From assembly GCA_030390025.1 (NCBI GenBank), contig CM059439.1, forward strand, positions 59,954,001 to 60,018,000: a stretch of DNA of 64,000 bases, in the 5' to 3' direction. This document shows, piece after piece, positions 37,401-52,400 of this stretch (positions within the stretch are counted from its first letter, which is position 1; every line of letters starts with the position of its first letter). The translations under genes and the position numbers were made by a program. Below the pieces are notes generated by a model. The model ran no database searches, was not told the origin of the DNA, and saw nothing but the letters and a program-made list of their open reading frames with translations. Source of the DNA: Squalus acanthias (Eukaryota).

Positions 37401-40400
37401 CGCTGGGCAGACTTAACAAGCCCAATCAAGGGAAAATCATTTTGGACAGCGGGCTGGAGCTAGCAGCGGGGCCGGGACCTGCCACCGACGTCGCCCGCAA
37501 CAGACCCGTCGAGGTTGGTAAAATCCAGCCCTGCGTGTCTTGGGAAGGATTCTTCAATCTCATTGGTTAAGGAGATACACAGTTGCTTGCTCTGTTCACA
37601 CAGGTCCCAGATCCCCTATAGAGGGCGCCGCGCTGAAATGGATTTCTAATCACCGCAAGTTCCAGTGCAAAAGCTCAGAGAAAGTCTGTGGCAAGCGTAA
37701 GTGTAATGAACAGCTGGCACCATTCGTTTGCTGTTGACCGCAAAATCCGGGCCATTGTACCACAAAAGGGCAGAACAAACATCTGCAGAGCATCAAGGAA
37801 CAGGTGGATGGTCAGTGCTTGGATCCAGCGTCCACATTTCCTGCATTTTAAGCTTAAAAATCTTGCCCATTACTTCCACATTTCTGGGCTCCTCTCTCCA
37901 TGTAGCTGCCAGCCAGCATTGTGCCTCTATTTTTTTTTTAAACATATGCTTGCTACCACGCTTGGAAGGATAGCAGAGGTTACAGTGAAGTGCAAGAGAT
38001 GCCAAAAAGAACCAGCTGTCTATCTGTGGTAAAATGGAAGCAGTATTTTCAATATTATAATTGATTTCACACAACTGCCTCAGGCCTCATGGGCAGGGCC
38101 CTTCCTCCCTTACACACTCACTTACATTCGGTACATCATGCTACACACAGGCAAGGTGCGTCTACTAACTGGGTGAAAATATAAAATGTTGTTATTCTGT
38201 TAAAAAATACATATAACCACCCTGCTGTATGTAAACCCACATTAATACTCACTCAATCAGAGGGATTCAGGCATTAGTATATAATGAAGGTGTTGGGTTG
38301 GTGTTCCGCATATGCTCCCATCCTGAGGGCTTTGCAGTTTCCGGTGTTGTTGATGCCGCCATTGTGAAAAAAGTCACACAATCCAGCTCTTTATTACAAA
38401 TACATTGGCTATAATTACATTCACTTTTAAATCTGACTGATTTTATTAATGGCAGTTGAGCCTGTTCAAGTGGTTATGACAGGTTAACACTCCCAAGAAG
38501 AATCATTGGTCTTTAAATCTTCAGCTGCTTCATCAATGACCTTCCCTCCAACATAAGGTCAGAAATGGGGATGTTCGCTGATGACTGCACAATGTTCAGC
38601 ACCATTCGCAACTCCTCAGATAATGAAGCAGTCCATGCCCGCATGCAACAAGACTTGGACGACGTTCAGGCTTGGGCTGATAAGTGGCAGGTAACATTCG
38701 TGCCACAGAAGTGCCAGGCAATGACTATCTCCAACAAGCGAGAGTCTAACCACCTCCCCATGACATTCAACGGCATTACCATCGCCGAATCCCCCACCAT
38801 CAACATCCTGGGGGTCACCATTGACCAGAAACTTAACTGGACCAGTCACATAAATACTGTGGCAACAAGAGCAGGTCAGAGGCTAGGTATTCTGTGGTGA
38901 GTGTCTCACCTCCTGACTCCCCAAAGCCTTTCCACCATCTACAAGGTACAAGTACGGAGTGTGATGGAATACTCTCCACTTGCCTGGATGAGTGCAGCTG
39001 CAACAACACTCAAGAAGCTCGACACCAGCCAGGACAAAGCAGCCCGCTTGATTGGCACCCCATCTACCAGCTTAAACATTCACTCCCTCTACCACCGGCG
39101 TACCGTGGCTGCAGTGTGTACCATCTACAAGATGCACTGCAGCAACTCGCCAAGGCTTCTTCGGCAGCACCTCCCAAACCTGCGACCTCTACCACCTCGA
39201 AGGACAAGGGCAGCAGATGCATGGGAACACCACCATCTCCAAGTTCCCCTCCAAGTCACACACCATCCTGACTTAGAAGTATATCGTCGATCCTTCATCG
39301 TCGCTGGGTCAAAATCCTGGAACTCCCTCCCTAACAGCACTGTGGGAGTACCTTCACCACACGGACTGCAGCGGTTCAAGGCGGCTCACCACCACCTTCT
39401 CAAGGGCAATAAATGCTGGCCTTGCCAGAGACGCCCACATCCCATGAACGAATAAAAAAAAGAGACTATGGGACCGACCTTCAACATCATTGCACCCGTT
39501 TTACAGACAGAGAAAGAGTGTAACGATGGCGATTCTAGCGGAGTGGGTTGGCTCGGCATCTGAGCCGGTCGAAATTTGAAGTGTAGTGAAAATCTGGAAA
39601 ACTCTCCCCCAAAACACTGTTGAGGCTCGGGGGTCAACTGAAAATTTCATAACTGAGATTGATTTGTTAGGCAAGGGTATCAAGGGTTACGGAACCAAGG
39701 CAGATGGAGTTAAGATACAGATCAGCCATGATGTGATTGAATGGCGGAACAGGAGCGAGGGGCTAAATGGCCTACTCCTGGTCCTATGTTCCGATGTCAT
39801 GTAGCCTTGGGGGTCAGATAAGAAGGTGGAAACTAAAATGTGAATAAAGTCAAAAATAGTGCATAGATTCCTCTGGGCTTGAACAGAACGGTAATTGAGA
39901 GTGTGGATGTTAATGTGAACGGTACTTCCCTTTTCAGCAACCTCTCAGCATAATCATTACAATTGGTTAGATCAAGAAGAAATTGGTACTTTGTTCCAAT
40001 AATAATAACCAATTTAATTACAGCACAGAAATATAGAGGCAAAGGACGACAGTGAAAAATGGAAAGGATGTTAGTGAAAAGTCCTATTGTCTGAAAATCT
40101 AAAATATTCGACACACACGTCCATCTAAAACAGTACTGATGTAGAATTAGATACTTTTTAATGGGTTAATTATTTGGTTTTTTAAAAGTACATCAAACTT
40201 TCTAATTTAATTCCACCCATATTTTTACCAAATTAATTGTAATATATGCCTTAGCTAGGAATAATATGGTAGTTCTGATATTTGTTTCATATTAATTACT
40301 AAGATATAAGATATTTGATCACAGTAAAATGGAATGTTATTACAAAGATGAAATCATTTAATCACCTAGACCTGAAATGCTGCAACAAGCATTAATTAAA

Positions 40401-43400
40401 ATGCAAATAAATAAATCACCATGGCTGCTTTGCTCTCCTTCAGAATTGTTAATAATCTCATCCAAGTGCACCAGCTTAGAGCTCGCAGTTACCAACTCCC
40501 CTGATCACCTGAACTCATTCAACAAAGGCCCACTAGGCACGTCTCACTACCATTTGATTTCAATCCAAGTGACCTTTCATTGGTATCCTGGAAGGGATGC
40601 TAAGTGCATGGTTTGGCTGTATGACAGTGCTAACTGGAATAGCCTTTAAACAGGAAGTTTCTATCTAAACGTTCAAATATTCAGACTCCTTCTGGCTCGG
40701 ACCAAGCAGATTATGTTTAGTGCTGCAAAGCACCACATTCCACCCAAGCAACCAAATGGTGACATTGGCATTCATTTAAATCTTTAATAGATAGAGAAGA
40801 CCATGGCATCAGCTTGCTTGAATCTCAATTAAAAAAAGCCCTAAGTATGTGATTCTCAGACTTCAAGATCTGGCAGAAGACAGACAAATCTGTTTCCAAC
40901 ATTAGGCCCATCCCTCCACTTGAGAAGACGTGTGTGTTTGGACAAGGCAGATTTGTTGAATATCAAATTTCCTGAAAAGCAATCTGAAATCCAAGGGCAG
41001 GTACCAAAGGTTCTATTAAAGTTTGTTTAATCAGCCAAAACAAGACCAGACACAAGAAAGTTAAACATCTTCTAAACCAATCTTCTAGATCAAAAAAGGA
41101 GAACATTACCACCATTTGCTGTAGAAATAGGCTCAAGATGAAAGATCATCAAATCAATGCCTAAATGGACAGTCCTAACAACGTTATTTGGTTATCAGTC
41201 TTATTCTTTCTTCATTTGAATGATGGTTTTTATCTCTGGAGGCTTTGGATTTTTAACAGGAGTGATTAATTAACAATTGGTTTTGGCACAGCAGATGACA
41301 CGAAGGAATAAGGTACTACTTCAGCTAATTACAATACACCATATTCACGTAATCCTGACTATTATTTAAAAAAGAGGCAATTGCTTACATTTTATGGCAT
41401 CAAACTCTAGTGTATCGTTGAGCTGTGACTGGATTTTTAAAATTTTGAATTTAGGATAATTGATTAAAATTAAAATATGCTCATTACATTCATTTAAAAA
41501 TCTGTTTAGAAAGCCAGGTAGATCACCAGATTATTGTACATTTATAATGAGCAGATTTCAGATTAAAACTCAAGAAGCTGGATACTTCAATTACATTTTC
41601 TCAACATTAATGAATATTTTTATAAAAAAATCTATATCAGGGGTTTAACTCTGGATTTCAATTTCCTGACAGCCTTATTTTTAAGTGCGATAAACAGTTT
41701 GCAGCAAATCCCTATCTGTGCTATTTTAACACAGTCATTAACCCATTGGATTTAAGAAGAGTTTTCAGCAGATTTGGTAAATGATGAGGAAGATGGCACA
41801 CACTTGAATGCCACAATGTAGACAACTTCCTGCCCCTACACATTACATCTGGTGTCTCCAAGGATCTATCCTCTTCCTCATCTATATATGTTGCCTCTTG
41901 GCTACATCATCCAAAGACATAGGTTCAGCTTCCACATGTACTCGGACGACATCCTGCTCTATCTCTTCACCACCTCTCTCGACTCCTCTGCTGCCTCTGT
42001 GTTGTCAGACTGCTGCCCAACACTCAATCCTAGATGAGCCGCAACTTCCTCCAGATAAACATTGGGAAGACCAAAGCATCGTCTTCGGTCCCCACCACAA
42101 ATTCCATATTCTTGCCGCTGATTCCTTCCCCCTCCCCGACCACCATCTCAGGTTGAACCAGAATGTTTGCAACCTAGGCGTCCTATTCAACCTTGAGCTG
42201 AGCTTCAGACCCCATATCCTCTCCATCACAAAGACCGCCTATTTCTACTTCCATAATGTCACCTGCCTCAGACCCTGCCTCAGCCACCAGCTGCCAAAAC
42301 CCACATCCATGCCTTTGTCACCTCCAGACTCGACTATTCCAATTCACACTGGCCAGCTTCCCATCCTCCGCTCTCCATAAACCTCAGCTTATCTAAAACT
42401 CTGCTGCCTATATCCAATCCCAGACCAACTCCCACTCACCCATCACCCCTATCCTCGCAGACCTACATTGACTCCTAGTCCAGAAATGTCTCCAACCTAA
42501 AATTCTCCAACTCATGTTTAAATCCCTTCAGTGCCTTGCCTCTCCCTATCTTTGTAATCTCCTACAGTCCTTCAACCCCCTCCCCCAGACTCTGCATTCA
42601 TTCCGAGTCTGGCTTCTTGTACATCCCTCCCTTCCTTCACCATACCATTGGTGGCTGTGCCTTCAGCCACCTAGGCCCCAAGCTCTGGAATTCCCTCTAA
42701 ACCTCTCCATCTCCCTTTCCTCCTTTCAGACCCTCCTTAAAACCCATCTTTTTGTCGAAGTTTTTGGTCATCCGTCATAATATCTTGTTCTTTGGGTTGG
42801 CATCCATTTGTGTTTGATTACACCTCTGTAAAGCACCGTAGGATATTTTTCTATGTTAAAGGCGCTATATAAATGCAACTTGTTAATGGCACACATATTA
42901 AATATCATTATGAAGATTTTTTATTATAATTTCATCTCAGCAGGATGTTGGGTTGCATCTTCACTACATTTCTGCTTAAAGAATCAAACTTTGCTTCCAT
43001 GGTTAGGCATATAAATAGTAAAAGGGTAGTAAGAGGAGGGGAGGGGCCACTTAGGGACCAAAAAGGAGACCTATGCATGGTGGCAGACAGTATAGCTGAA
43101 GTACTAAATGAGTATTTTGCATCTGTCTTCACCAAGGAAGAGGATGCTGCCACAGACATAGTGAAGGAGGAGGTAGTGGAGACACTTGATGGTATAAAAA
43201 TTGATAAAGAGGAGGTATTAGGAAGGCTGGCTGTACTTAAAGTACATAAATCACTAGGAGTGGATGGGATGCATTCTAGGATGCTGAAGGAATTGAGGGA
43301 CACCATTGTTCAAAAAAGGGTGTAAAGATAAACCCAGCAACTACAGGCCAGTCAGTTTAACCTCGGTAGTGGGGAAGCTTTTAGAAATAGTAATCAGGGA

Positions 43401-46400
43401 CAAAATTAACAGTCACTTGGATAGGTGTGGCTCAATTAAGGAAAGCCATCCATGATCGAGTTTTTTGATGAGGTAACAGAGCGGGTTGATGAGGGTAACG
43501 CAGTTGACGTAGTGTACATGGATTTCCAAAGGCGTTCGACAAAGTGCCACATAATAGGCTCGCCAGCAAAGTTGAAGCCCATGGAATAAAAGGGACAGTG
43601 GCAGCATAGATATTAAATTGGCTAAGTGACAGGAAACAGACTGGAAGGACGTATGCAGTGGTGTTCCCCAGGGGTCGGTTCTAGGACCACTGCTTTTCTT
43701 GATAGATATTAATGACTTGGACGTGGTGGTACAGGGCACAATTTCAAAATTTGCAGATGACAAAAAACTTGGAAGTATAGTGAACAGTGAGGAGGATAGT
43801 GATAGACTTGAGGAAGACATACAGGCTGGTGAAATGGGCGGACACATGGCAGATGAAAGTTAACGCAGAAAAGTGTGAAGTGATACATTTTGGTAGAAGG
43901 AATGAGGAGAGGACATATAAACTAAATGGTACAATCCTAAAGGGGGTGCACAAGCAGAAAGACCTGGGGGTATATGTGCACAAATCGTTGAAGGTGGCAG
44001 GGCAGGTTAAGAAAGCAGTTAAAAAGGCTTACGGGATCCTGGGCTTCATAAATAGAGGTATAGAGTACAAAAGTGTGGAAATGATGATGAACCTGTATAA
44101 AACACTGGTTCGGCCTCAACTGGAGTACTGTGTCACACTTTAGGAAGGATGTGAAGGCCTTAGAGAAGGTGCAGAAAAGATTTACGAGAATGATTCCAGG
44201 AATGAGGGACTTCAGTTACGTGGATAGACTGGAGAAGCTAGGGTTGTTCTCCTTGGAGCAGAGAAGATTGAGAGAAGATTTGATAGAGGTGTTCAAAATC
44301 ATGAGGGGTCTGGACAGAGTAGATGGAGAGAAACTGTTCCCATTGGCAGAAGGGTTGAGAACCAGAGGAGACAGATTTAAGGTGATTGGCAAAAGAACCA
44401 AAGGCGACGTAAGAAAAAACTTTTTTACGCAGCGAGTGGTTAAGATCTGGAATGCACTGCATGAAAGGGTGGTGGAGGCAGACTCGATCTTATCTTTCAA
44501 AAGAGAGTTGGATAAGTGTCTGAAGGAAAAAAAATTGGCATGGGAGTGGGACTAGCCGAGAGTCGGCATGGGCTCCACGGGCCGAATGGCCTTCTTCCAT
44601 GCAGTAACCATTCTATGATTCTATGAAAGCCTGTATTAGTCTTGTGGTATCTTGATGCAGAAGCCAACTTTTTTCATACAAATTCTTTCCATAATACAGT
44701 GAAAGAATACACTTTATCTGTTAGTTTCTGTTGAATCCTATTCTGCAGAATACCAAACTATTGTTCTGGTGTTTTGCTACTTTCTAGCAACAGTTTTACT
44801 TGAAATGTGTCAAACTTTCTTTTTCACCCAGATATAACCTCTTATAGCCTTTATTGGAAACGTAAGGCCTAATATGTGATGACAGTTACACTTGTTTTGA
44901 AACAGATTTTGTATTTTGCTACCACGTGGCCTTACAGGACCAGGATAAAATATTATGGTCCACTTGGCTGATCCCAAATAGAAATATTCAAGTGCCATGG
45001 AGCCTCTAATATCCATTTAAACCACTAGCGCAGACAAATGGAGCCTTGTCTCATTTGAAAGAGGGCACCATTAACAATGCTTTAGTACATCACTGGAGTG
45101 GTAGCCTAGATTAAGTGCTCAAGTCATGAAGGGAAGCTTGAACCCATACTTTGTGAGCCTAAGGTGAGTGCTACCAACTGACACCGGTTAAAAGTTTGTT
45201 GCTGGGTATTTCATATTATTCAGAGTCAGAAAGTTATAAATATATACTTACACTTGCTTGCTAAGAAAGCTGCAAATTATATTTAGCACTTAAAAGGATT
45301 GTTATTTTAACCCATCTAATTTTCATGATGTCTGTGATATCATAATGAAAAAACTTAACAAGAATATTTTATCCCTTAGTTATAATGCTTTTATATTTAC
45401 CTGGAAGAATCTGGACATTTTTGTTAGAGTCGAAAGGTGCTCCATCTTTGAGCCAAGTGATGGTTGCAGGAGGGTACGATTGTGCCTCACATACAAGGGA
45501 GGTGGGGCTATTCAGAATAACAGTGACATCCTCTGGAGTGCCTTGACTGTCAACACCAGGAATTTTTGGAGACACTGGATGGTGAAAGAGAAAACCGCAA
45601 ATAAGTTATAAAGCTGATTCAAGCTCCAGTTACACTCGAGCTATACGTTTACAATAAACATGGAATATGTTTTGCACAAATAGTAATGTTGCAAGGGGCC
45701 AACAATATGGTCCCAGGACAGTGATTCCTGAACTGCTACTCATCAGGTGTTGTGTGCATCTGCAATCAAACAAACTGGCCTGGCACAATAATGTGAGGTC
45801 AACTCATTTGAATATTATTCCCAGCGTATTGCTTATGATGTGCTGGAAGAGCACTGAGGTCACAAGGGTGGGATTTCCACTGCCAGCAGCTTGTAAACGG
45901 CTGCGGGCGCGTGCAAGGCAGCAAGACCTTTTGGGAATGATCTTCTGAGGCCCAAATGTGTAGCTGCAGGTAAGTTGGATGGCCCTAATGATAGGTCAGC
46001 ACAACCCAGGGAAAATATGTCCCCATAGCCCTCCCTTCTAATGGGCACTAAGCAACTAGTGTGCTTCTCCAGTCACCAGCTCATTATGTGGAGCAGACCT
46101 TATTTGCATTACAAATGAAGACTTGATGAGTGTAGTTAATATGCAGGCTCTTTGTGTCTCAGGCTCTTCCCACCTGCACTCAGCACAAAGGGCATGGAGT
46201 AGGTCTCAAGCCCCAGCGCTAGGGTTGCCAACTTTGGTTGGATATATTCCTGGAGGTTTGATCACATGACATCTGTCCTGTAGTTGAGTATCTTTGCTTA
46301 TGACTACGTGCCAGCAACTACTGTGCGAGAAGTTCTGAGAACCAAGAGACCACCCACGAGCAGGTGAAGAAGGAAAACTGAAAGGCAGGCAAAGTCTCAG

Positions 46401-49400
46401 TCTCCCTCTGTCCCCTTCGCCCAAGCCCCAATCCCGACTTCCAGCCCCAATCTCCATCTCTCCTCTCGTTGGACCCCCAACCTCCATTGTGCAGTCTCCC
46501 TCTCTCCGAGTCACATCCCCATTTCCCTCTCTCCACAAACCCCATCTCCCTCTTTCCCCAGAGTCCTAGCCCCATATCCCTCTCTCTCTCCCCCAGAGTC
46601 CCAGCCCCATATCCCTCTCTCTCTCCCAGAGTCCCATCCGCCAACCCCCATTCAACAATCTCCCTCTCTTCCCCATCCCCCTGCTCCCATCAAGCCCCCA
46701 TCTCCCTGCCCCCAGAACCCTGTCTCTCTCTCTCTCTCCTCAGATCCTCAGTCAACTCTTGTCTCTCCCACCACCAGCCAGTCCTGTTGCTGTTCACCCC
46801 TCAGCGAGGGCTGAGGGACTGGAGGCAATGTCACCGAGCCGGAGCCTTCTCCGAGCAGCAGTCAGTGGCGTCACAGAGCAGTGTGGAGGAGGGGGGGTAG
46901 CACTACTGCGGCAAGAAATTTTTAATGCAAAGATCTCCCGGGCTCCTAGCAGCAATGCCTGGGAGATCCATTCTCTACTCCAGTAGAGTTGGCAACCCTA
47001 CTCTGCACCCAATAATACAGGGCCTCGACACCCGAGGGTTTCCAGTGTTGTAGGCCATATTATTGGCTTTGTAGCCCAATGTTCAGTTCAAAGTAAAACT
47101 TCCTGATCCTTTGACCACAGTACTCCCTTGATCTGAGAACCAAAGGATTCACATCGGAATGGTGCACACACCTGATGCCTGTTCCCTGCTTTTTTCTTTA
47201 GAAATGAAAAGCTCAGCACTCAGGGCATGGTGGTTTAACATCACCTGACTATCAGCATTTTCTGGCACATATCTAAAACCAATTAGCCTCAGTTGCATCA
47301 GGGTTGCCCAAGTCCTTGTGTTGAATGGCTGGTGAAAACAAGGCATTCTCTTGAGGAAAACCTTCCACTCTTGGAGGTTAAAATTTACAGTTGTTTTGGA
47401 CTCAAATGCTAGAACTGTATTATTCAGCCTAGTGGGCTTAAAATGTTCGGAACAGTACATAGGCCACCTACCTAGTACATTTAGGTTGAAGTTCTTGTTC
47501 TTGTCTCCAGCTGTGTTAGAGGCAATGCAGGTGTATCGACCTGTATCAGACACATGTGCACTCACAATCTGGAGAAAGCGCCCACTGGATAGAATCCGAT
47601 GCTGCTGGTCTTCAGACAGAGGTTGACCATCTTTCACCCATCTTATTTGTGGAGCAGGATTGCCTTTTCACGAAAAAAAACAACAAATTCCGTGAATTCC
47701 TTTTCTTTGTATGAAATATAATTATCACCTTTAATTCTTGCCCTAACTGTAGCAGGTGGCCTAATGATCTACTCTTACCTGAAAATTATTACTATGTTGA
47801 TTTAGAAATGCGTTAAGGTAGTCTTGTGGGAAGTTGGATGGGTTGGCTAAATACAAAAAGTGGTTTACTTCTGCCTTTAAATCATTACTTTGTTACCAGT
47901 GAATACATTTTCCATTTGCGTCTTCCTGACATAGAGACATGCCCATGAGGAGTACATATTGGGATATCACATGCAGCCCATGATTTTCCATCCATTATGG
48001 ATGAAGTATTGTGGGGTGCGTATGGGAGCACGATTTCTCAATATGTCCTCTCGGTTGATTATGCTCAGCACCAGGAGTATGCAAGTGGAAAAAGTACCCC
48101 TATGTTCCCCACCTGGCTTGTATCTACTGCAGTAGATACCAAAATTACTGTGTTTTTAAGTGAATCACTTGTATATAGAAATTCAGTGCCATAGGATTGA
48201 ATCGAAACAAAACCTGTACGTGGAGAATTATAACCAACTTGTTCTCAAGTAGAATTTCGTCCTAGCTATTTACTGGCACTGCCTGTATTGTGTGCAAGGA
48301 GGCTATTGCGCTACCTTCTTAGAAATAGCTAGTTAAAATATTGTCCAGTGATATATGTAAGCCACCAGAATAGAATCACATATTTATACACAGTTGCGGC
48401 GCGGTGCATAAGTAACAAATCACTTATATCTGTCAAATCACACTACTGGCTACACATATTAATGGGGGAAACAATGAGTATAGTTTTTTAATCATCCAAT
48501 AAATTTGGTCTGTACTAATTTGTGGATTTGTTCCACGCTATAAATACTTTCTTTTTTTCTCCTTATCCCTCCTGTCTCGCACTCATGCTGGGTATGGTTC
48601 CACAGGCACTGCTGCTCTGGTATCGTATGCAAGTGGTCATTTTTGCCCTCCCTAGTCCAGGAGGGCCTAGACTAGTTATAGCACTTTCACAGTCATCCTG
48701 GCTGCGAATGGCTAACACAGCTCAATCTATGGACCATACCAGTGACCTCCCTGTTTTACCTGGGATAGTGCCACACTAACTGATAAATTCATGTATTGAG
48801 CTATTAGAAAAATCTAAGTAGGATTTTGACTGGTATATCTTCGTGTTTTGGTTATAGGAGTTTACATAGAATTATAGAAGTTTACTGCACAGAAGGAGGC
48901 CATTTGGCCCATTGTGTCTATGCTGGCCGAAAAAGAGCTATCCAGCCTAATTCCACTTCCCAGCTCTTGGTCCATAGCTTTGCAGGCCGCGGCATTTTAA
49001 GTGCACATCCAGGCACTTTGTAAATGTGATGAGGGTTTCTGCCTTTACCACCCTTTCAGGCAGTGAGTTCCAGACCCCCACCACCCTCTAGGTGGAAAAT
49101 TTTCTCCTCAACTCCCCTCTAATCCTTCGACCAATTACATTCTTTTTGTCTCCTTATCCCTCCTGTCACGCACTCATGTTGGGTATGGTTCCACAGGCAC
49201 TGGTGCTCTAGTATTGTATCCAAGTGGCCACTTAAATCTATGCCCCCTGGTTATTGACCTCTCCACTAAGGGAAACAGGTCCTTCCTATCCACTCTATTT
49301 AGGCCCCTCATAATTTTATACACCTCAATTAAATCTCCCCTCAGCCTTCTGTGTTCCAAAGAAAACAACCCCAGCCTATCCATCGATCCTCCTTGTTAAT

Positions 49401-52400
49401 TCCTCAAAAAATTCAAACAATTTAGTCAGAAACAACCTTCCCTTAACAAATCCATGCTGACTGCCCTTGATTAACCCGTGCCTTTCTAAATGACGATTAA
49501 TACTTCAAAATTTTTTCCAATAATTTGCCCAACACCGAGGTTAGGCTGACTGGCCTGTAAATACTCTGTCCATCCCTTTCTCCCTTTTTAAACAACAGTA
49601 CAACGTTAGCAATCTTCACTCTGGGAGGCTATTATCACACAAGTTACAAAGATAAAAATGAAACCTTTTGAGGTCTCTAGAAGGCAGACATTAACCACGG
49701 TTGATGCCCAATTTGCAACAGCAACCTGTGATATATTAAAACTTAAAGGTTATGACAATATTGCTACAATATTAACCTTCGGGTCACGGGGGCGATGTCT
49801 GGCATGCATTGTCGTCCTCAGCACTCATCTTTGTTGATTATAATGCGCTGTCAATCACCTTTTGTAGTACGCTGGGCAACATATTACATCACTCAACCGC
49901 TGATAACATCACTACATTGTAAGAGAACAATGTGGGCTACTTCACAATTATATATGCTAGTCATTACTGTGCTCTTACCTGAAACCTCACAAGTGAGGGT
50001 AATACTATGATTCTCCTTTATTTTCACATCTTCCATCTTATCTTCATTAACGATGCTTGGTGGTACTATTTATATAAAAATAATGGAGTTAAATGTTATA
50101 ACAGCCACACCAAAATACTTCTCACCTCTTTATTAGACTTCAGGTCTAAAAATAGATATTCAAATCAAATGAGGAGAATTCTAATTGGACCACTTTGGAA
50201 GGACTGAATGAATTGCAGTTTCCAATAACATTTCACTGGTCCTGATGTACAAAATTCAGAGTCTTGCACACAAATGTTGCACCTGCAGTAGGATTTGCTT
50301 GATAATATCCACGGATAATTGGATCTTATTTCCAGCTATTTCCATGATAAGAGAAGAACTTGCATTTATATAGCACCTTATCACATTGTCAGAGCATCCC
50401 AAAGCACTTTACAACCATGGGATTATTTTGAAATATACTGTTGTCATGTCAGAAAATATGGTAGCCAATCTGCACACAGCAAGGTCCCACAAACAGCAAG
50501 TGAATAACTGACCAGATAATTTGTTTTTGGTAGTGTTGGTCGAGGGAGGAATGTTAGTCAGGACACTGTGGGAACTCATTACTCTTCCTCAAATGGTGTA
50601 ATGGGACTTTTTCCATCTAGCTGAATAGGCTTAACTTAATATCTCATCCAAATGATGATTCCGAAGTGAGGGTATTACCAAATAAGCCAACCTGTCACTA
50701 GGCTAGCAGGGAAGTAAGGGAGTACTGCGTCTCTGTTCTTGTTTCAAGTAACAATTTAGAATCCAGTATGTTAGCAAAAACCTCGGAACATCAGTGGCCA
50801 ATTAGGACTGAGCACTCAGGGTCTTTTGTGCTTCAATAACTATAACTGAAGATTTTGGAGTGTTTGATATTCTGAACCTTGCCTTTAAAGGGCTTATTCA
50901 ATGGAGAAAATTTGAAGCTAGGCTTCTGTTGAAATCTGGTGTAATACACTTCTCTTCTTTGGGGCAGGAGCTTGAATTTAACCAGATTGACTGAATTAAA
51001 TGATGTAAAAAAAATATTAAACATGATGAAAGCCAATGGTATTTGGATGGTTACACAGAGGCTCCACAACAGAGATTCTAATGCATCTTAATTGGTTCAA
51101 AACCTACGAATGATTTATATATTGTGTTGTAAAGCAGAATGAGACTAACAGATGGAATGGATCATAGATCATTTGTTCAATTTCTGTTATTCTTTGGGGT
51201 AAACTAAGCACATGCAAACATTTTTTCCGGTTTTGGGACAGCGATTGTGGTACCTGCAGTATATTTTGGTGGTGAAATCTTTCTTCAGTACTCAAAGTGT
51301 TAAGGTGGTGACTCTGATCACTGTATCCAGCTGGTTGCTATGGATACAGTTCTGAACTAATGGTAAGTCTGCCAGTATTGAGGATTAACAATCAAAGACA
51401 AATGGCTACCTTAGTTGTATGAGACAAGAACAGTCATAACAGCTTGTTAGGGGCTCACCTGCCAACAGTATCTTCCATTCTTCTGAACTGGATATTGTCT
51501 ATATTACAACAGTAACTACACTTCAAAAGTACTTTATTGGCTGTGAAACGCATTGGGAATTCCTGAGGTCATGAAAGGTGGTATATAAATGCAAGTTCTT
51601 TCTTTACATGCAGGAATGTAAACCACACAAGCCCAATATTCCTGATGATAGTTTACTTTTAAAATAATTAATATTGCCAGTCTGTATGTTATAAAAGGAA
51701 ATTATTCTATTTGTTCTAAAATAACAGCACTACAGCTCTTAAAGGCAAAGTGTCATTAGGAATTTCTGATATGGCAGAAATAATTCAATTAATACATTAT
51801 GATGTGAAAGAATGTAATCGCTATTGCTCGAAAAGAAAATTAAACTACCACTTACTTTCACGCTTTTTTGTTTCATTTATTGATTGTTGGAGAAGTGGTT
51901 GAAGCACTACTCTGACACTGTCAGGCTAACAGCAACTCCTCCAAGTCAGCTCTCTCAAAGGGATCATTGTTACATAATTAAGAGTATTTGTGGGGGGGCG
52001 GAGAACAGAATAATATGATAGTTAATAATTCTTTGGCCCAGATTTTGCGTAGAGAATAACGGTGAGGCTAACAGCGCTCACAGTTATTATGGATAAATTG
52101 GACAGCAACTGCCAGAGTACACATATCAGTTAAATGCAGAAATCCAGAAGTTGCGGTCCGAGTTACCCTGCTCCTCCACAGGCTGTGCTATAACAGTACC
52201 TCGCCGATAGACTCGACATTGAAATACATGCAAGGGCATAAGGTTGCGGTACTTGCCCACTAGTTACCCAATAAACACAGCAGAAAAAGTTAGGGCTGAT
52301 GTATTTAGGAGTAAGTCAATTTTTAATGGCATGATCAGTCATAATTACTGCCAAACAACCTCTCTGGCCCTGAAAATTTAATTTCAATAAGTGTGGAGTC

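Noticed and set aside
46500-46740. Tandem units resembling a CRISPR or coding repeat
   Set aside because: Low-complexity C/T-rich minisatellite inside a hAT MITE; no unique spacers and no cas genes
47660-47690. Unusual AAG splice acceptor of exon 6
   Set aside because: AAG acceptors are uncommon but canonical; a poly-T tract is present and the frame is preserved
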